IMG/VR virus record: IMGVR_UViG_3300009095_000024
Coordinates: 1-45,911 of that record
Reading direction: 5' to 3' (one strand)
DNA length: 45,911 nucleotides
From: a virus
Taxonomy: Duplodnaviria; Caudoviricetes
The notes under the pieces are model-generated. The model was not told the DNA's origin. It searched no databases and worked only from the letters and a program-made list of their open reading frames with translations. The first letter of the stretch is position 1; the number at the start of each line of letters is the position of its first letter. A program made the translations under genes and the position numbers. Shown piece by piece: positions 25,326 through 35,900 of the stretch.

Positions 25326-26840
25326 TTGTACGCTGACCGATCCATCTACGAGCCCTCCCCATGGGCGATGCGCTTTCACCAGGCGACCGCCGACGAGTGC
25401 ATGGGGGGCGGCTCGGCGGGTCCGGGCAAGAGCCTGGCGCTCATGTGGGATCCCCTCGTGAGCCAGGCCGTCGTCGAGCACGCTCGCGCCACCGGGCAGC
25501 TCCTAGACCAGCTGCCGCCGTGGCTGGCGGACCTCTGCCGGCAACATCGCATCCGTCCGGGCGAGAGCGAGGGGCACGCGCTGCATTTGCGGCGGTCGAT
25601 GCCGCAACTGCTCGAAAACATCGACCGCGCAGAGCGCATGTTCCCGAAATTCGACCCCGGCGCGATCTACAGCAAGGAACGGCACGCCTGGACGTTCACG
25701 AGCGGCTACAAGTTCACATTCGGCCACTGCAGAGAGCGAAACAGCCACCAGGACTACCTTTCCAAGCAGTACACGCATCTCGGCTTCGACGAGGCCTACC
25801 AGTTCGAAGAATTTCAGTACGAGGAGCTCGACGGGCGCGTGCGCACCGCCGATCCGGTGCTGCGCTACCTCTTGCGCACCCGCGCGATGAGCAACCCCGC
25901 CCCGGGCTGGCTGAAGGAGCGTTTCGTCAGCCCGCACCGCCCCGGCCACGTCATGCTGCGCGTGAAGGTGCCCGATCCGGAGACGGGCGAGCTCCACTAC
26001 CGCACGCGCCTGTTTCTGCCGGCGAGGCTGGAGGACAACCCCGACAAGGACTTCGTCCGGCAGTACAAGATCCGCTTGCTCAGCAAGCCCGCGCACATGC
26101 GCGCCCGTTACCTCTACGGCGACTGGGATAGCGTCGAGGGCGGCTTCTTCGAGGACGATTACAACCCCGGGGTGCACGTCATCCCGCCGTTCAAAATCCC
26201 GCGCGACTGGCCCAAGTTCCGCGCGATGGATTGGGGCTACAAGGCGCCCGGCACCATTGGCTGGTTCGCCATGGACCCCGACGACAACCTGTATCAGTTC
26301 TACGAGTTCAACTTCAAGCTGATGCGGGACATCGAGGTCGCCCGGCGCGTCATCGAGATCGAAAAGAAGTTCGGGTTCTGGAATAGCCGCCAGCGCAAGA
26401 GCCGGCTAACGGGCGTCGCCGACACGCAGCTCTGGGAAGAGCGCGGCGACTCGGGCAAGAGCAAGGCTGCCGTGTTCGCGGGCGAGGGCGTCTATTGGCA
26501 GCCCGCCGACAAGGCGAGCATCGCGCGCAACGCCGAGCGCATCACCGAGCGCCTGCGCGACTACGACCGCAACAAGCAGCCGGGGCTCGTCATCTTCGAA
26601 GGCTGCCGCAAGAGCCAAGAGATGTTCGCCTCGATTGGCGTCGATGAGAACGACTCGACCGTACCGGACAAGAAGAGCCCGCTCAAGCACTGGTTCGACA
26701 TGCACGCCTATGCCGCCGCGCGGGCCAGCCGCGGGCGCGGCTCGATAGTGATGGATCTGCACGAGTTCGACCGCGCCGAGAACGACAATGACGAGCCCGC
26801 GCTGCCTTCGGCGAGCGGCTTTGGATACGGGACAGGATGA
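25326..26840 (+). CDS. terL: Terminase large subunit
   Basis: Walker A GGSAGPGKS, Walker B LGFDEA, coupling motif MSNP, nuclease MDWGY. Confidence 0.92.
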   Translation: MYADRSIYEPSPWAMRFHQATADECMGGGSAGPGKSLALMWDPLVSQAVVEHARATGQLLDQLPPWLADLCRQHRIRPGESEGHALHLRRSMPQLLENIDRAERMFPKFDPGAIYSKERHAWTFTSGYKFTFGHCRERNSHQDYLSKQYTHLGFDEAYQFEEFQYEELDGRVRTADPVLRYLLRTRAMSNPAPGWLKERFVSPHRPGHVMLRVKVPDPETGELHYRTRLFLPARLEDNPDKDFVRQYKIRLLSKPAHMRARYLYGDWDSVEGGFFEDDYNPGVHVIPPFKIPRDWPKFRAMDWGYKAPGTIGWFAMDPDDNLYQFYEFNFKLMRDIEVARRVIEIEKKFGFWNSRQRKSRLTGVADTQLWEERGDSGKSKAAVFAGEGVYWQPADKASIARNAERITERLRDYDRNKQPGLVIFEGCRKSQEMFASIGVDENDSTVPDKKSPLKHWFDMHAYAAARASRGRGSIVMDLHEFDRAENDNDEPALPSASGFGYGTG

Positions 26841-27304
26841 CAAGCGACGACATTCGACGCTTCTGGAGCAAAGTGGAGAGGGGCCCCGGTTGCTGGCTAT
26901 GGGTCGCCAAGTCGAAAGACTGGGATGGCTATGGCCTGTTCAAGGTGCGAGGGCGTTCGCTGCGCGCGCACCGCGTAGCCTGGCAGCTAGCGACCGGCGC
27001 CGCTCCGGGGGCGGCGCTGGTCTGCCATCGCTGCGACACCCCCGCCTGCGTGCGTCCAGAGCATCTATTCATCGGCTCGCCCGCGGACAACTTCCGGGAT
27101 TGCTTGGCGAAGGGGCGCTACTCGCCAAAGGGGACCGGGAACGCGGCGGCCAAGCTGGACGACGCGAAGGTACAAGAAATCCGCCAGGCGTACGGCACCG
27201 GCGAATGGTCGCAAGAGGGCCTAGCCCGCCGCTTCGGCGTAACTCAGACGGCCATCAGTGCGGTGGTCCGTCGCACGAAATGGAGGCACGTCCATGCCGC
27301 GTAA
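26837..27304 (+). CDS. HNH homing endonuclease with C-terminal HTH
   Basis: RFWSKV..CWLW..GYG..AHRVAW..VCHRCDTPACVRPEHL...DN. Confidence 0.9.
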   Translation: MTSDDIRRFWSKVERGPGCWLWVAKSKDWDGYGLFKVRGRSLRAHRVAWQLATGAAPGAALVCHRCDTPACVRPEHLFIGSPADNFRDCLAKGRYSPKGTGNAAAKLDDAKVQEIRQAYGTGEWSQEGLARRFGVTQTAISAVVRRTKWRHVHAA

Positions 27305-29633
27305 AGAAGAAACCCGGGTGGATCTGCCCGAAGACGAGGCCGAGCCAGAATCGGAGCGGAGCCCCGGCGTCGAGCCCTTCACCTATGACGAGGAGGCGCT
27401 CAACCTCGCCACCGAGTTCAAGAAGCACCCCGAGGGGCGCGCGCTGCTCAAGTCGATCGCCGAAAAGTGCATGGGCGACTTCGATGCCTCGTGGGAGGCG
27501 ACGAGCAAGTTCCGCAAGAACATGGCCGACATTTGGAACCTGTTCAGCGGCACGCTCGACGCGAAGGGGCCGCCCTTCGAGCACATGAGCAATGCGCACG
27601 TCCCGATCCTGATGGAGAACACGATCCGGATGGTGTTCCGCCAGGCCTACGAGCTCTTTGGCAACTGGACGAACGTGTTCGGCGTCACCCCCATCGGCCC
27701 CGATGATGAGAGGGTGGCCAAGCTGCTATCGCAGCACGGCAACTGGCAGATCCGTAAGCGCATCCTCGACTTCAAGCGTCAGATCGGCCACCGCGGCCTG
27801 CTCATCTTCGACCTGTTCGGCGACGTGACGTGTCACAGCTACTGGGATGCGCAGCGCCGGTGCAACCGGCACGAGATCCTGACGGCGAACGAGTTCCAGT
27901 GTGCCAACGCGCACGTCTCGACCATGCCGGACTACTCGGATGTGTCCTGGGTCGCGAAGATCCTGCACATGGACGCGCACGAGCTCAAGAAGATGAAAGG
28001 CTCGTGGGAAGACGTCGAGAGCGTGCTCAAGCGCATGCCGCCGCCGTGGGGCGACCCGGAGACCGAGCAGGTGCTGCGCGAGGCGGTCGACAAGAGCCTC
28101 GGCGTCGACTCGTCGGCATACAAGGATGGGCAGTATCAGATCATCCAATACGAGGGCTGGCTAGAGCTGCCACCGCCGGCCAGGCCGCGGCCGCCCCCCA
28201 TGGCGGCGGACGACACGGGCGAGGAGGGCGCGGACGGCGAAGAGGTGCCCTTCTCCGATGACGAAGGCGCCGAGCAGCCCATCGAGGAGGGGGAGGAGGA
28301 GGAGCCGGAGCCGCGCGACCGCTACTGCCAGGTCATGATCGACAAGCAGACGAAGGCGATCCTGAGTCTGAGCATCCACGAGCGCGTCGACCCCTACGAC
28401 AAGCGCCGCTACGAGTACGAGATGCAGCAGCTGCGGCAATACCAGCAGCAGGTGCAAGAGCTGCAGGCGTTCATGCAGGAACGCGAGCAGACGGTGGGGG
28501 AGATGATGCAGTTCGCGACCGAGCTGCCCCCCGATGAGAGCGCGAGCCAGGCGGTCATCATGGCGCGCTCCATCGAGGAGATGCCGCCCCCGCCCGAGCC
28601 GAAGATGCCCGAGTGGATGCAGGGCGACCCCAACGCGCAGCCCAAGCCCCCGGAGACGACGCCGATCCGGATGTTCGCCCACGGCGTCAACATCGAGCCG
28701 ATCCAGGGCATCCTCGGGCTCGGCACGGGGCAGATCCACGCCGCGCAGAACAAGGCGGCGAACATCGCCCTATCGATGTTCATCGACCAGGGCACGCTCG
28801 GCAACTTCAAGAACCTGCTGATCAAGGGCGACCTGCGCTTTCCGGAGAAGCTCACGCTGGCGCCGGGCAAGGTGCACAAGGTCGAGGGCGCCACCGACCT
28901 CGCGAAGGACATCGTCCCGCTCGATTTCGGCGAGGCCAACCCGCAGCTGATCCAGCTGGTCGAGATGCTGGTCCGCTTCGGCAACACGGTCACGAACACG
29001 CCCGAGGTGCTCAGCGGCGAGAGCGGCAAGAGCGGCGAGACGGCCCAAGGCATCAGCGCCCGCATCGAGCAGGCGACCAAGATGCTGAGCGTCCCGACGG
29101 GCAAGTACGCCGATTTCGTCACCGTCATTCTGCAGAACAACGCCCTGCTGAACGCGATCTTCATGCCCGACGTCGAGTGGTTTAGCGTCCTGAACCACGA
29201 CCCCGCGCTCGGCCCCATGGGCATGCAGCAGTTCAGCGTCGGGCGCGAGCTGTACGATCGGCCCTACGACGTCGAGATCAGCGCGGACCTGAAGTTCACG
29301 AGCACGAGCCAGCGCATCAGCGAGGCCGACGCGCTCGTGCAGATGCCCAACGCGGTGCAAGAGCTCGCCGGCAACTTCGCGTTCAAGCACGCGGTCATCA
29401 GCAAGAGCCTCGAAGCGCGCAACCGCTTCGACCTGATCGGGCTGCTCGGGCAGGCGCCGCAGCCGCCGCAGATGTTCGGTGTCCCGACGAGCCCCCCGAT
29501 GCCGCCGCCCGGAGCGCCGCCGCCCGGCCCCGGCGGGCCTCCGCCAGGCAACGACAACGGCGGGCCGCCGAAGGCGCCGCCTGGACCCCCACCAGGGCCC
29601 CGTCCGGGCCCGCAACCCCCGAGGGCAGCCTGA
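27294..29633 (+). CDS. Portal protein
   Basis: ~780 aa after terL; SGKSGETAQGISARIEQ motif; Pro-rich C-terminal tail typical of podovirus-type portals. Confidence 0.8.
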   Translation: MPRKEETRVDLPEDEAEPESERSPGVEPFTYDEEALNLATEFKKHPEGRALLKSIAEKCMGDFDASWEATSKFRKNMADIWNLFSGTLDAKGPPFEHMSNAHVPILMENTIRMVFRQAYELFGNWTNVFGVTPIGPDDERVAKLLSQHGNWQIRKRILDFKRQIGHRGLLIFDLFGDVTCHSYWDAQRRCNRHEILTANEFQCANAHVSTMPDYSDVSWVAKILHMDAHELKKMKGSWEDVESVLKRMPPPWGDPETEQVLREAVDKSLGVDSSAYKDGQYQIIQYEGWLELPPPARPRPPPMAADDTGEEGADGEEVPFSDDEGAEQPIEEGEEEEPEPRDRYCQVMIDKQTKAILSLSIHERVDPYDKRRYEYEMQQLRQYQQQVQELQAFMQEREQTVGEMMQFATELPPDESASQAVIMARSIEEMPPPPEPKMPEWMQGDPNAQPKPPETTPIRMFAHGVNIEPIQGILGLGTGQIHAAQNKAANIALSMFIDQGTLGNFKNLLIKGDLRFPEKLTLAPGKVHKVEGATDLAKDIVPLDFGEANPQLIQLVEMLVRFGNTVTNTPEVLSGESGKSGETAQGISARIEQATKMLSVPTGKYADFVTVILQNNALLNAIFMPDVEWFSVLNHDPALGPMGMQQFSVGRELYDRPYDVEISADLKFTSTSQRISEADALVQMPNAVQELAGNFAFKHAVISKSLEARNRFDLIGLLGQAPQPPQMFGVPTSPPMPPPGAPPPGPGGPPPGNDNGGPPKAPPGPPPGPRPGPQPPRAA

Positions 29634-29637
29634 GCCC

Positions 29638-29853
29638 GTGCACGAGCTCGACCTGTTCGAACAATACCTCTACCGCGTGCGCGCGGAGCGCATGCAGCAA
29701 GCGATCATCCTCGGGGCGGCCGCCACCGCCCCGAGTCACCTGTACGACATCAAAGCCCGCGCCTGTGAGGCGGACCTGATGCTGCGGCTCGTCGCCGCGC
29801 TCAAGGTGCTGAAGCAGGACCCCGGCCAATTCATCCAGGACCATCTCAAATGA
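29638..29853 (+). CDS. Small hypothetical protein after the portal
   Basis: GTG 29638; stop overlaps the next start. Confidence 0.5.
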   Translation: MHELDLFEQYLYRVRAERMQQAIILGAAATAPSHLYDIKARACEADLMLRLVAALKVLKQDPGQFIQDHLK

Positions 29854-30539
29854 CGAGCCCCATCTACAGCTTCCCGGACTTCAAGGAACCGGAGAAGACG
29901 ACCTCGTGGGCGGACAAAGAGCGAGCCGAGCGCGCCGCCGTCCCGCTCATCGACCACGAGCTGCTCGACGCCGAGAAGCGAACCAAGCTCATCCGGGAGC
30001 GCATGAGCCCGCCGGGCGCCTTGCGCCTGCCCGCGCTGCTCGAGGCGCAGCGGCTCAAGTACGGCATCCCGGATGGCTTTTTCAAGTCACAGGCCGTCTT
30101 CGACCGCATCTTCGTTTTCCCCATCGACCCCTACGATGACGACGACAAGGTGCCGGGCACGCTGCTCCATCGCCCGAAGCTGACCAAGCTGAAGGACATG
30201 CAGGAAGGCCACCGCGGCGTGCTCATCAGCGCGGGGCTCACGGCCGCCGACCGTCTCATGTCGCACGGCATCGAGCTCGGGCACATCGTGACGACCAACA
30301 AGAACGTGCCCTTCGCGCGCCGGTGCGAGGAGATCCTCGGGCGCCCGATGTTCTTCCTGGTGATGCGAGAGGCGGACCTGGCCGGCAGCGAGACGCTCGC
30401 CGAGCAGATCCGCGCCGGGGAGCGCCGCGTGGTCGAGGTCGGCGACGCCAGCGGCTACCAGCACCAGGTGGCGGTCAACGACAACGGGGATTGGATCGCG
30501 CGAAAGAAGCAATCCGTCTACGTGCAGGACGCTTGGTGA
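29850..30539 (+). CDS. GroES/Cpn10-like co-chaperonin domain protein
   Basis: FDRIFV..., PGTLLHRP, GVLISAG, IELGHIV and FLVMREADL match the GroES fold pattern. Confidence 0.6.
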   Translation: MTSPIYSFPDFKEPEKTTSWADKERAERAAVPLIDHELLDAEKRTKLIRERMSPPGALRLPALLEAQRLKYGIPDGFFKSQAVFDRIFVFPIDPYDDDDKVPGTLLHRPKLTKLKDMQEGHRGVLISAGLTAADRLMSHGIELGHIVTTNKNVPFARRCEEILGRPMFFLVMREADLAGSETLAEQIRAGERRVVEVGDASGYQHQVAVNDNGDWIARKKQSVYVQDAW

Positions 30540-30781
30540 TGGGGCCCGAGGAACCGGACAAGACCCTCGCCTACCTCGTCCAGTGGGCGCACGAGGACCC
30601 GAAGTCCCGGAGGGTCGCCGTCGATTACGCGCCAAACAGCCGGACGCACTGGCTCGTCACCTTGTGGGCGGACAGCATCCACGGCCCATTTGATGGGGAC
30701 GCTCCGCTGCTCATCGACGCCGCCGCGAGCGCTTTGCAGAAGTTCCAAGACGCGGCAGAAGGCCAAAGGATCAGATCATGA
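30539..30781 (+). CDS. Hypothetical protein
   Basis: TGATG overlap. Confidence 0.45.
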   Translation: MGPEEPDKTLAYLVQWAHEDPKSRRVAVDYAPNSRTHWLVTLWADSIHGPFDGDAPLLIDAAASALQKFQDAAEGQRIRS

Positions 30782-31680
30782 GTGACTACATGCAGGGGGA
30801 CAAGGACAACGCCACGGCGGTCCCCTTCTCGGATGACGAGGCGGAGCAGCCGAAGGAGGCGGAAGACCTACTCGCCGAAGACTCGCCCGACGCGAGCCCC
30901 GAAGAGCGCATCACGCGCAAGCAGAAGCGCCAGGCGCGCATCCAGCAGCTGCTCGCTGACGGCAAGCAGAGCAAGGAGGAAGCCAAGGCGCTGCGCGACG
31001 AGCTCAGCGGCATGAAGTCGGAGATGGAGCGGATGAAGGGCTTCCTCGCCGCTTCTTCGCAGCGCCAGGCCCCGGCGCAGCCCGCCGCCGACCCCTACCA
31101 GAAGGAGCTCGACGCGATCTACGAGCGGCAGAGCAACGCCTACGCTGCCGCGCAGGCCGAGATCAAGGCGGGCACGTGGAACGCCGAACGGCAGAAATAC
31201 TACGAGCGGGAGGCGCGCGCGATCGAGCTCGCCAAGGCCCGCGTCGTGACCCGGGCCGAGCTCGACCAGCGGGTGCCCGCCCTGCAGCAGGCGCAGGTGC
31301 GGCAGACCTGGGAAAGCAAGTACCCGGAGGTCTACAGCAACGAGCGGGCGTTCGCCTACGCGAAGGCGACGTTCGAGCGGCGCAAGGCGCTCGGCGACGC
31401 GGTCACCAACGACCTGGTCGACGAGGTCATGAACGACACGTTGACCACGTTCAAGCTCGGGGGCAAGCGGGCGCCCTCGGCGAGCGAGAAGGCCAAGCTC
31501 AGCGGGCTACCGGCGAGCGGCACGGGCGGCGGGGGCGGCAACAAGGGCGCCGGCATCACGCTCACGCCGGAGCTGCGAAGGATGGCGGTCGCCCGTTACA
31601 GCGACCTGCCCGAAGCGGAGGCGATCAAGAAATGGGTCAACGGCCCCGGGAAGAAGCTACGCGCGCAGAAAGTGCTCTAA
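30778..31680 (+). CDS. Capsid scaffolding protein
   Basis: Acidic N-terminus, coiled coil, C-terminal LTPE..RMA helix; between portal and capsid. Confidence 0.7.
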   Translation: MSDYMQGDKDNATAVPFSDDEAEQPKEAEDLLAEDSPDASPEERITRKQKRQARIQQLLADGKQSKEEAKALRDELSGMKSEMERMKGFLAASSQRQAPAQPAADPYQKELDAIYERQSNAYAAAQAEIKAGTWNAERQKYYEREARAIELAKARVVTRAELDQRVPALQQAQVRQTWESKYPEVYSNERAFAYAKATFERRKALGDAVTNDLVDEVMNDTLTTFKLGGKRAPSASEKAKLSGLPASGTGGGGGNKGAGITLTPELRRMAVARYSDLPEAEAIKKWVNGPGKKLRAQKVL

Positions 31681-32057
31681 GGCGGTTCTGGCAGAAGGTC
31701 CGGCGCCTCGGCCCCGACGAGTGCTGGCCCTGGCTCGCGTGCAAGACCCCGGGGGGCTACGGCGATTGGAAGCCCAACGAGGAGGACCTGCACACGACCG
31801 CGCACCGCGCCGCGTGGATCTACCTCGTCGGGCCCGTGCCGTCGGGGTGGCTCGTCGCCCACCGCTGCGGGCGAAAGGACTGCTGCAATCCCGCGCACAT
31901 GCGGCTCGCAAGGAAGGTCGGCGGCAGGCGCCGCAGCATCTCCCCGGAGACCGCCTCCGCCATCCGTCGCCTCACCGCCGAAGGCGTCTCGTACCGCGCG
32001 ATCGCGAGCCGCCTCGGGGTGAGCCGGTGGGCGATCACACGGTACGGCAATGCCTGA
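31632..32057 (+). CDS. HNH homing endonuclease with C-terminal HTH (start uncertain)
   Basis: RFWQKV..ECWPW..GYG..AHRAAW..VAHRCGRKDCCNPAHM. Confidence 0.8.
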   Translation: MGQRPREEATRAESALRRFWQKVRRLGPDECWPWLACKTPGGYGDWKPNEEDLHTTAHRAAWIYLVGPVPSGWLVAHRCGRKDCCNPAHMRLARKVGGRRRSISPETASAIRRLTAEGVSYRAIASRLGVSRWAITRYGNA

Positions 32058-32164
32058 CAGTTGCCTGACATCCGGGCGCATGCTTCCTTGATCGTCGTCG
32101 GACTCTCGGCGGCGAGCCCCCCCACGGGCTGCCCGTCTGCACCAGTGGGGCAGCGGAGACGTGC

Positions 32165-32623
32165 GTGCCGGAAGTCGAGACGAGTAGGCGAGCTCTCAAG
32201 CGAGAGGACCCGCCACCGAGGCCTGTAGAGCAGACCGCGAACCGCGGCTTCATCGACCAGAGCGACCCCGAGAAACACTACGTCTGGGTGTCGGAGGTCA
32301 ACGACCCGACCATCAACGTCGGGCACTACCTCGCCCTCGGCTACAAGATCGCTCAGTACGACCCGAGCGAAGCCCGCCCCACCATCGGCTACCAGGAATA
32401 CAAGCAGGGGGACCCGATCAAGGCTCACGGCATGGTGCTGATGGAGGCACCGCTCAGCCGCAAGCGCGAGATCAACGAGAAGGGGTGGGCGGCCGCGGAC
32501 CGCGTCGAGGACACCATCCGTAACCGCGAGGTCGACCCGCTCTCGGAAGAGGAGCGCCGGGCCTTCCGCGGCATCACGTCTGTTCGCACCGACCAGGACG
32601 ATCGGAAGCGTTGGCAGTTTTGA
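32165..32623 (+). CDS. Hypothetical head-module protein
   Basis: GGAG RBS; location between scaffold and capsid genes. Confidence 0.65.
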   Translation: MPEVETSRRALKREDPPPRPVEQTANRGFIDQSDPEKHYVWVSEVNDPTINVGHYLALGYKIAQYDPSEARPTIGYQEYKQGDPIKAHGMVLMEAPLSRKREINEKGWAAADRVEDTIRNREVDPLSEEERRAFRGITSVRTDQDDRKRWQF

Positions 32624-32637
32624 CCGCGAGGCACTGA

Positions 32638-33357
32638 ATGGCAAACCCCCGCAAATACGGCTTCCGCTTCGCGCGGAGCATCAGCGGCACTGACACGCCG
32701 CAGATTTTCACCTACCCGATCGCATCGGCGTACGCGCCGAATACCGGCGCCGACGGCTCGGGCGGCACGGCGTGCAACCTGAACGTCGGCGACCCCGTGC
32801 AGCTGCTCAACGACGGCACGCTGCGGCTCGCGCAGCCGGGCCAGTCGGCAGTAGGCGGCGACATCGACGACCGCGTGTTCGGCATCGTCGCCGGCTTCCC
32901 CCGCGTGCGCATCACCGGCGCGCAGCGGCCGAGCGGCTTCTATCCGAGCGGCACGACCTACACGGGCGACGACCAGCAGACCCTCTGCCAGGTCATCCCG
33001 GTACACGGGAACATCTTCGAGGTCGACTGCGACGCCGCGGGCGGCGCGGGGCTCGACACGAAAGCCGAGTGGCAGGCGGTGGTCGGGTCCACGGCGAACT
33101 TCGTCTACTCCGTGCTGACGAGCGGCATCGGCGCCCCGAAAGCCAATCCCCTGCTCGACACGGGCGACATCAGCGAGGGCGCGGAGGTCAACCAGCTGCG
33201 CATCGTGGGCCTGTCGAAGGACTTCGACGCCCGCGACGCCTCGCTCGAGTACGTCGCCGTGCAGGTGATGTTCAACGAGCAGCAGTTCTTCCCGACCAGC
33301 GTCGGCGACACGACCGCGAACGATGAGCAGCCCGCCCTCGCGAATCTGGAGGCGTAA
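32638..33357 (+). CDS. Putative head decoration/minor capsid protein
   Basis: N..YGFR, VGDPVQL, GIVAG and FEV pattern; directly upstream of the MCP. Confidence 0.6.
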   Translation: MANPRKYGFRFARSISGTDTPQIFTYPIASAYAPNTGADGSGGTACNLNVGDPVQLLNDGTLRLAQPGQSAVGGDIDDRVFGIVAGFPRVRITGAQRPSGFYPSGTTYTGDDQQTLCQVIPVHGNIFEVDCDAAGGAGLDTKAEWQAVVGSTANFVYSVLTSGIGAPKANPLLDTGDISEGAEVNQLRIVGLSKDFDARDASLEYVAVQVMFNEQQFFPTSVGDTTANDEQPALANLEA

Positions 33358-34268
33358 TGTCCGAAATTTTTACCAGCACGGCAGCGCTCGCCCTCAAGGA
33401 AACCCTCGAGGACATCGACACCGACGAGCACGGGTCCGAAGGCTCCAAAGCAGTCTTCCCGAAGTGGCTCAACGTCAAGCCGATGAGCGACAACTACATC
33501 GAGTATTACGAGGTCGCCGGCAGCGGCATGGCCGGCGAAAAGCCCGAGGGGGAGTCGATCCCGATCGGCACCATCTACGAGGGCCCGCTCACCCGCTTCA
33601 ACGCCCGCACGTACGGCCAGCGGATGATCGTCTCGGACGAGGCGCTGGAGGACATGAAGTACGACAAGGTCATCATGGCCGCGAAGCGCAACAACCGCAG
33701 CCTCTGGAAGCTGGCGGACTTCGACGCGACCCTGATGCTGGTGCGGGCGACGAGCACGAGCTTCGTCGGCGGCAACGGTCAGCCCCTGGCGAGCGCGGCG
33801 CACCCGCTGCCGGGCGGCGGCACCTACTCGAACATGATGGCCACGGCCATGAGCCCGAGCAAGGCCTCGCTGGTCATTGCGACGGCGCAGCTGATGCAGC
33901 AGGTCGGCCACGACGGACTGATCGACGGCGTCGATCCGAAGAAGGCCGTGTTTCCCGTGCAACAGTGGGGGATCTGGCGCGAGGTCCTGGGCTCGTCCTA
34001 CGACCCGACGCCGGGCGCCTACAACGCGATCAACGTCATCAATCGCGACCTGAGCATCACCCCGGTTCCGGTCAAGTATTGGAACAACACGACCACGAAT
34101 TGGGCGCTGATCACGGACGCCGAGCTCGGGCTGATGTGGCACTGGCGGCGCAAGCCCAAGAGCAACACGTGGGTCACCGAGGACAAGACCATGATGAACT
34201 ACGCCATCACCGCCCGGTGGTCGCGTGGCTGGGTCAACCCCCGGGCGATCCTCTTCTCCGACGCCTGA
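33357..34268 (+). CDS. Major capsid protein
   Basis: KPEG..I, TYG....S.EALED..Y, GGNGQPL.S.AHPL and R.SRGW.NPR motifs. Confidence 0.85.
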   Translation: MSEIFTSTAALALKETLEDIDTDEHGSEGSKAVFPKWLNVKPMSDNYIEYYEVAGSGMAGEKPEGESIPIGTIYEGPLTRFNARTYGQRMIVSDEALEDMKYDKVIMAAKRNNRSLWKLADFDATLMLVRATSTSFVGGNGQPLASAAHPLPGGGTYSNMMATAMSPSKASLVIATAQLMQQVGHDGLIDGVDPKKAVFPVQQWGIWREVLGSSYDPTPGAYNAINVINRDLSITPVPVKYWNNTTTNWALITDAELGLMWHWRRKPKSNTWVTEDKTMMNYAITARWSRGWVNPRAILFSDA

Positions 34269-34276
34269 GGTAAGAA

Positions 34277-35122
34277 GTGACGCAGTTTCTCGCCAGCTTC
34301 GAATCGCTCTCCAGCCCGCACGGCACCTTCATCAAGCCCGGCGGGCGGGTGGCGGCGTACGTGCGCAGCACGGGCCTGCAGGAAGGCGACGACCTGTTCG
34401 CCATGAGCGGCAACCTGGTCGCCACCATCAACGCGGGCCTGAACCGGTGCCGCACCGGGATGCAGGACATCGTAGTCGTGCTGCCCGGGCACACCGAGAC
34501 GCATTCGACCTCGGGCGCGATCTGGTCGAACCTGAAGGCCGGCGTGCAGATCGTGAGCGCCTGCTCACCGTTCGCGTCGAACGCGCCGACCGTCACGCTC
34601 TCGCACACGGGGGCGAGCGTCGCGCTCAGCTCTGCGAACGTCTCGCTCGTGGGGCTCAAGATCGCGAGCGCGACGGCGGCGGTCACCGGGGCGGTCGCGG
34701 TGACGGCGGCGGGGGTAGCGCTGGAGAAGTGCTACATCTCGCTGACCGGCGCGCTCGGCGCCAACCCCGGGATCGCCGTCACGGGCGCCGCCAACTTCGC
34801 GATGCTCGACTGCTTCGTGGTCTGCAACAGCACGTCGCCCGTCGTCGCGATCACGGGGGCGGGGTCGACGGACCTGCTCATCGCGCGGAACTTCATCCGC
34901 CAGGCGCAGGCGACGAGCGGCGGCGACTGCATCAACGTCGCCAACACCGCCGGCATCTCGGGCTTCATCACGGACAACCGGATGAAGTCTGCCGTGGCCG
35001 GCACCCCCGGCACGAGCATCGGCCTGGTCATCGGCACGGGCGCGAGCCCCACGGTGTTCAACGGCGAGAACTACGACCTGGACGACGCCGTGACGGCGGC
35101 GGTCGTGTCCACGGGCGGCTGA
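34277..35122 (+). CDS. Virion protein, beta-helix-like
   Basis: ATINAGL..C.....DIVVVLPGHTE beta-helix cap motif. Confidence 0.6.
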   Translation: MTQFLASFESLSSPHGTFIKPGGRVAAYVRSTGLQEGDDLFAMSGNLVATINAGLNRCRTGMQDIVVVLPGHTETHSTSGAIWSNLKAGVQIVSACSPFASNAPTVTLSHTGASVALSSANVSLVGLKIASATAAVTGAVAVTAAGVALEKCYISLTGALGANPGIAVTGAANFAMLDCFVVCNSTSPVVAITGAGSTDLLIARNFIRQAQATSGGDCINVANTAGISGFITDNRMKSAVAGTPGTSIGLVIGTGASPTVFNGENYDLDDAVTAAVVSTGG

Positions 35123-35124
35123 GC

Positions 35125-35376
35125 ATGGCGAGCACGACGGACATCGCTTTCGCGAGCCAAGAGACGAAGCTGGTATTCAGCGGCGTGGGCACAGTGGCCT
35201 TGGAGGTCGTCTCTGGGTCCCCGTTTTTCCTCGGCGGGGCCGGGGTAGACGAAACAAACGGGCTGATGATTCCCGCGGCGGGGGGACCGTTGGTGGTCCG
35301 CGTATCGTCGCCGGACGACCTCTACGTTCACCACGACAACACAGGCGGGACGCTCCGGCTGTACCACAACCGTTAA
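35125..35376 (+). CDS. Small virion protein (MASTTDIAF...)
   Basis: ATG 35125 just after the upstream stop. Confidence 0.5.
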   Translation: MASTTDIAFASQETKLVFSGVGTVALEVVSGSPFFLGGAGVDETNGLMIPAAGGPLVVRVSSPDDLYVHHDNTGGTLRLYHNR

Positions 35377-35390
35377 CCACATGGAGGACC

Positions 35391-35900
35391 GTGAGCCGCA
35401 GCATTCCGCGCAACATCGAGACTCGGGAGATCCCGCTGACGCGGGGACTGGCCGCGCTCGTCGATGCCGCGGATTACGAGTGGCTCTGCGGGTTCAAGTG
35501 GTTCGCCCATAACTCGTGCCGGCAGCACTTCTACGCGGCGCGCTCTGCGTGGGATAGCGCCGGCAAGAGGAGCCGGATCGTCTACATGCACCGGGCGATA
35601 CTGGCGACGCCGGGCGAGGTCGACCACATCAACGGCGACAAGCTCGACAACCGACGCGCCAACCTGCGGGCGGCGACGCGCGCAGAGAACACCCAGAACC
35701 AGCGCAATAAGCGCGTCGGATGCTCCGCGGACGCCATCGGTGTCTACCGCCGCCCCAATGGGCGGTGGACTGCGCAGGTAACGGTCAACTACCGCAACAT
35801 CGCGCTGGGCACCTTCGACACAGAGGCAGAGGCCATCGCGGCGCGAGCCGCGGGCGCCGCCCACTACTACGGAGGCGGGCATGCCGCGGTCGGTCCCTAG
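35391..35900 (+). CDS. HNH-AP2 homing endonuclease
   Basis: MHRAI..VDHINGDKLDNRRANLR..T..EN..N plus AP2 GVY...WTAQ...LGTFDTEAEA. Confidence 0.92.
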   Translation: MSRSIPRNIETREIPLTRGLAALVDAADYEWLCGFKWFAHNSCRQHFYAARSAWDSAGKRSRIVYMHRAILATPGEVDHINGDKLDNRRANLRAATRAENTQNQRNKRVGCSADAIGVYRRPNGRWTAQVTVNYRNIALGTFDTEAEAIAARAAGAAHYYGGGHAAVGP

